A DNA stretch of 64,000 bases from an uncultured Planctomycetota bacterium (lineage in GTDB: Bacteria; Planctomycetota; Planctomycetia; Isosphaerales; Isosphaeraceae): assembly GCA_963823665.1 (NCBI GenBank), contig CAWGMQ010000005.1:1248001-1312000 (forward strand). Reading direction: 5' to 3'. Below are positions 62,205-64,000 of this stretch, in pieces. The position numbers and the translations under genes were made by a program. Each line of letters begins with the position of its first letter. The first letter of the stretch is position 1. The notes under the pieces are model-generated. The model worked only from the letters and a program-made list of their open reading frames with translations. It was not told the origin of the DNA and did no database searches.

Positions 62205-62277
62205 CGCAGACTCCTATCAACATGGAAATGGCGTACGACACGCCAATCCTCGGTAGGGGTTTTCACCGACCAGGCAA

Positions 62278-63090
62278 TCACACCGGCTTGTGGCGTTCCG
62301 CCAACTGCTGTTCCAGCCAACTGGTGTCGGACGGGCTAAGCGGTGGCCGGAGTGGCCAGCGATAGTCGATGTCTCGGTCGTATCGCGACCGAGCATATAC
62401 AGCGTCCACCAGCGGCTGCAAAGCCAACATGATGTCCGGGTCAGGCGCCGCCAATGGAACGCAAAGCTCCGGCAATGGGCGACGAGAATGCGCAGGCCAC
62501 ACAGTGCATCGCGTCTCCCCTCGCCGGCACATGAGCAGATAATACGAGCTTTCCGGCCAGCGGCTCGCCATCGGCATCCGCCGCCCGCGCCGCAATAGGT
62601 CCAGCTCCACGAAATTGACCGAACTGCCCAGGCAAACCTGACGTTTGCGGTGATACAGACGCCAGCCCTTCGTGCCCGGCCGTTTGTTCGACGGCGAGAG
62701 CGCCTCGATCGCAGTAACCAGACGGCGTTTTGGTTCAACTTGATGGATTTCGAGAAAGAGTTCTCGGTATTCCGCTTCAACGACGGCCTGCATCAGGACC
62801 GGCGTGGCCTCCGGATCCACCTCGCTCCCGGAGGTCAAAGCGACCGTGCTTCCGGCGCCGTCTGGCCGGTGCGACGCCGTGAGCGCAACGTCCGGTAATA
62901 GCTCATGGGGATCACCGTCTGGTCCAGCGCCGATCGCCACGTACGCTCGCTCGCCGGTTCGAACCGCATACCGATCGGGAACCCGGCTCGAAAGGCTCCG
63001 CTCCATCTCACCGATCAACTTGGAGTGAAAATCTTCCCACAGCCCAAACGTTTCAATGTACGGGTCCATCCCGGGAAATGGCGAGCGCAT
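62278..63090 (-). CDS. DUF4058 family protein
   Basis: MRSPFPGMDPYIE..W.DFH; VTAIE.LSPSNK; ELDLLR.G; YDRDIDY. Confidence 0.92.
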   Translation of the reverse strand: MRSPFPGMDPYIETFGLWEDFHSKLIGEMERSLSSRVPDRYAVRTGERAYVAIGAGPDGDPHELLPDVALTASHRPDGAGSTVALTSGSEVDPEATPVLMQAVVEAEYRELFLEIHQVEPKRRLVTAIEALSPSNKRPGTKGWRLYHRKRQVCLGSSVNFVELDLLRRGRRMPMASRWPESSYYLLMCRRGETRCTVWPAHSRRPLPELCVPLAAPDPDIMLALQPLVDAVYARSRYDRDIDYRWPLRPPLSPSDTSWLEQQLAERHKPV

Positions 63091-63148
63091 GTCGAATACC
63101 CTCCGCTAATTCAGTATACCCTCTGCCCTGGCTCGGTTCCTCCTACAG

Positions 63149-63694
63149 TCAGTCTCGTGCAGAGGCCCTTGGTTCGGCGTACGCGCATTCAACGCGGAAA
63201 TCAAACACCCGCGTGACCGGCGCATCCGGCGGCCCTTGATCAACGGGCGGATCGTCCGCCAGCAACTGGCAGCGCCGTGCCCAGAGATCCAGGTCCAGCC
63301 CGAGCTGATGGCGCCCCCCCTGCTCCGCTGCCAGGGCGAACGACATTGCCGCGCGGCGGCAGTGCGTGCGCACGCCGCTCTCTCGTCGCTCGCGGACTTT
63401 CACGCCTGCCGCGGCAAGCTTGATGAGTCCTTTGAGCACCTCGGCCGTCGGACCTCGTCGGTGCTCGATGTGCCAGAGGTCTTCCCAGACCTCGTGCGCT
63501 TCCCAATAATAGCCTGCGTTGAAGAGCTCGACCCCGCGCAGGAACCGAGCTCTCCACCATTCTTTCTCGCGGCCGGCAGGCATCTCACGGCGGCCGGCCA
63601 CGTCGTGCATGGGCGAGCGGTTGGGATGAGGCCAGGGGCAGCCGGGAAAGTACGTGTAAGCAGGCAGGGGCTCGGAGTGATCAGGGCTTTCCAT
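63149..63694 (-). CDS. DUF309 family protein
   Basis: LFNAGYYWEAHEVWEDLW..KGLIKLAAA. Confidence 0.88.
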   Translation of the reverse strand: MESPDHSEPLPAYTYFPGCPWPHPNRSPMHDVAGRREMPAGREKEWWRARFLRGVELFNAGYYWEAHEVWEDLWHIEHRRGPTAEVLKGLIKLAAAGVKVRERRESGVRTHCRRAAMSFALAAEQGGRHQLGLDLDLWARRCQLLADDPPVDQGPPDAPVTRVFDFRVECAYAEPRASARD

Positions 63695-63730
63695 TTCGTA
63701 ATGAGACGCTGGCGTGGATGAAAATGCAAC

Positions 63731-63831
63731 CGGCGGGCGGCACACGGAGTGTGCCTGCTACAGCATCCAATGTGATGCGGGCGTGGCTCGAACTGCAATC
63801 GGCGGGCGGCACACGGAGTGTGCCTGCTACA
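63731..63831. repeat. Two identical 32-bp REP-like units
   Basis: CGGCGGGCGGCACACGGAGTGTGCCTGCTACA at 63731-63762 and 63800-63831; hairpin GGCACAC-GGA-GTGTGCC; GTAG on the minus strand. Confidence 0.8.
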
Positions 63832-63859
63832 ACTTTCTGAGATGTTTCCGCGGGGGAAA

Positions 63860-64000
63860 ATGCAACGGCTTATCCTGATCAATGCAGTGGGGCTTACCCG
63901 GCGGCTGCTCGCCTTCGCACCTCGGCTGAAGCGCCTTGCCGAGACGGGCTGGATTCGCTCGCTCGAGGAGGTAATTCCGGCGGTCACCTGCTCGGCCCAG
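63860..64000 (+). CDS. Alkaline phosphatase/nucleotide pyrophosphatase family protein, 5' partial
   Basis: MQRLILINAVGLT..P.L..PAVTCSAQ. Confidence 0.75.
   Translation, partial: MQRLILINAVGLTRRLLAFAPRLKRLAETGWIRSLEEVIPAVTCSAQ

Noticed and set aside
63731..63831. Possible mini CRISPR array (32-bp repeats, 37-bp gap)
   Set aside because: Only two units, no cas genes, the gap resembles the sequence before the first unit, and it has a GTAG-hairpin REP structure.

Overview
High-GC bacterial DNA whose gene content points to a Planctomycete, probably Isosphaeraceae/Singulisphaera-like (DUF1549/1553, DUF1501, LE.RTLLA-motif exported proteins, ECF-STK pairs, DUF4058). About ten genes are split by single-base frameshifts, most likely consensus errors; I reconstructed them by reading across frames. 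Main content: (1) two parallel cassettes of ECF sigma > Ser/Thr kinase > paralogous exported GHSRG alpha/beta-hydrolase surface protein (1-4986 and 41810-53843). (2) An ECF sigma fused via a TM helix to a C-terminal cytochrome c'-like CXXCH domain, directly upstream of System II cytochrome c maturation genes resB/ccsA (5250-11453). (3) A ~28 kb island (12192-40736) with blaI, an M56/BlaR protease fused to 21 WD40 repeats, DUF1549/1553, DUF1501, an EF-hand protein, a MoxR-DUF58-vWA operon, a GT-C-like membrane protein and six paralogs of one uncharacterised exported family. Five promoters in this island share a TTGACA-N16/17-(-10)-TGTAGTCRYRCGACT..CGTA promoter/operator motif, suggesting a locally encoded BlaI regulon. 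(4) An accessory tail: an IS701-like element with perfect TIRs interrupting an ORF, a DUF5678/retropepsin pair, LRR and WD40 genes with a decayed duplicate 17 kb away, DUF4058, DUF309, a GTAG-type REP pair and a partial alkaline-phosphatase-family gene. No rRNA, tRNA or CRISPR array was seen. Family assignments come from motif recognition, not database searches.
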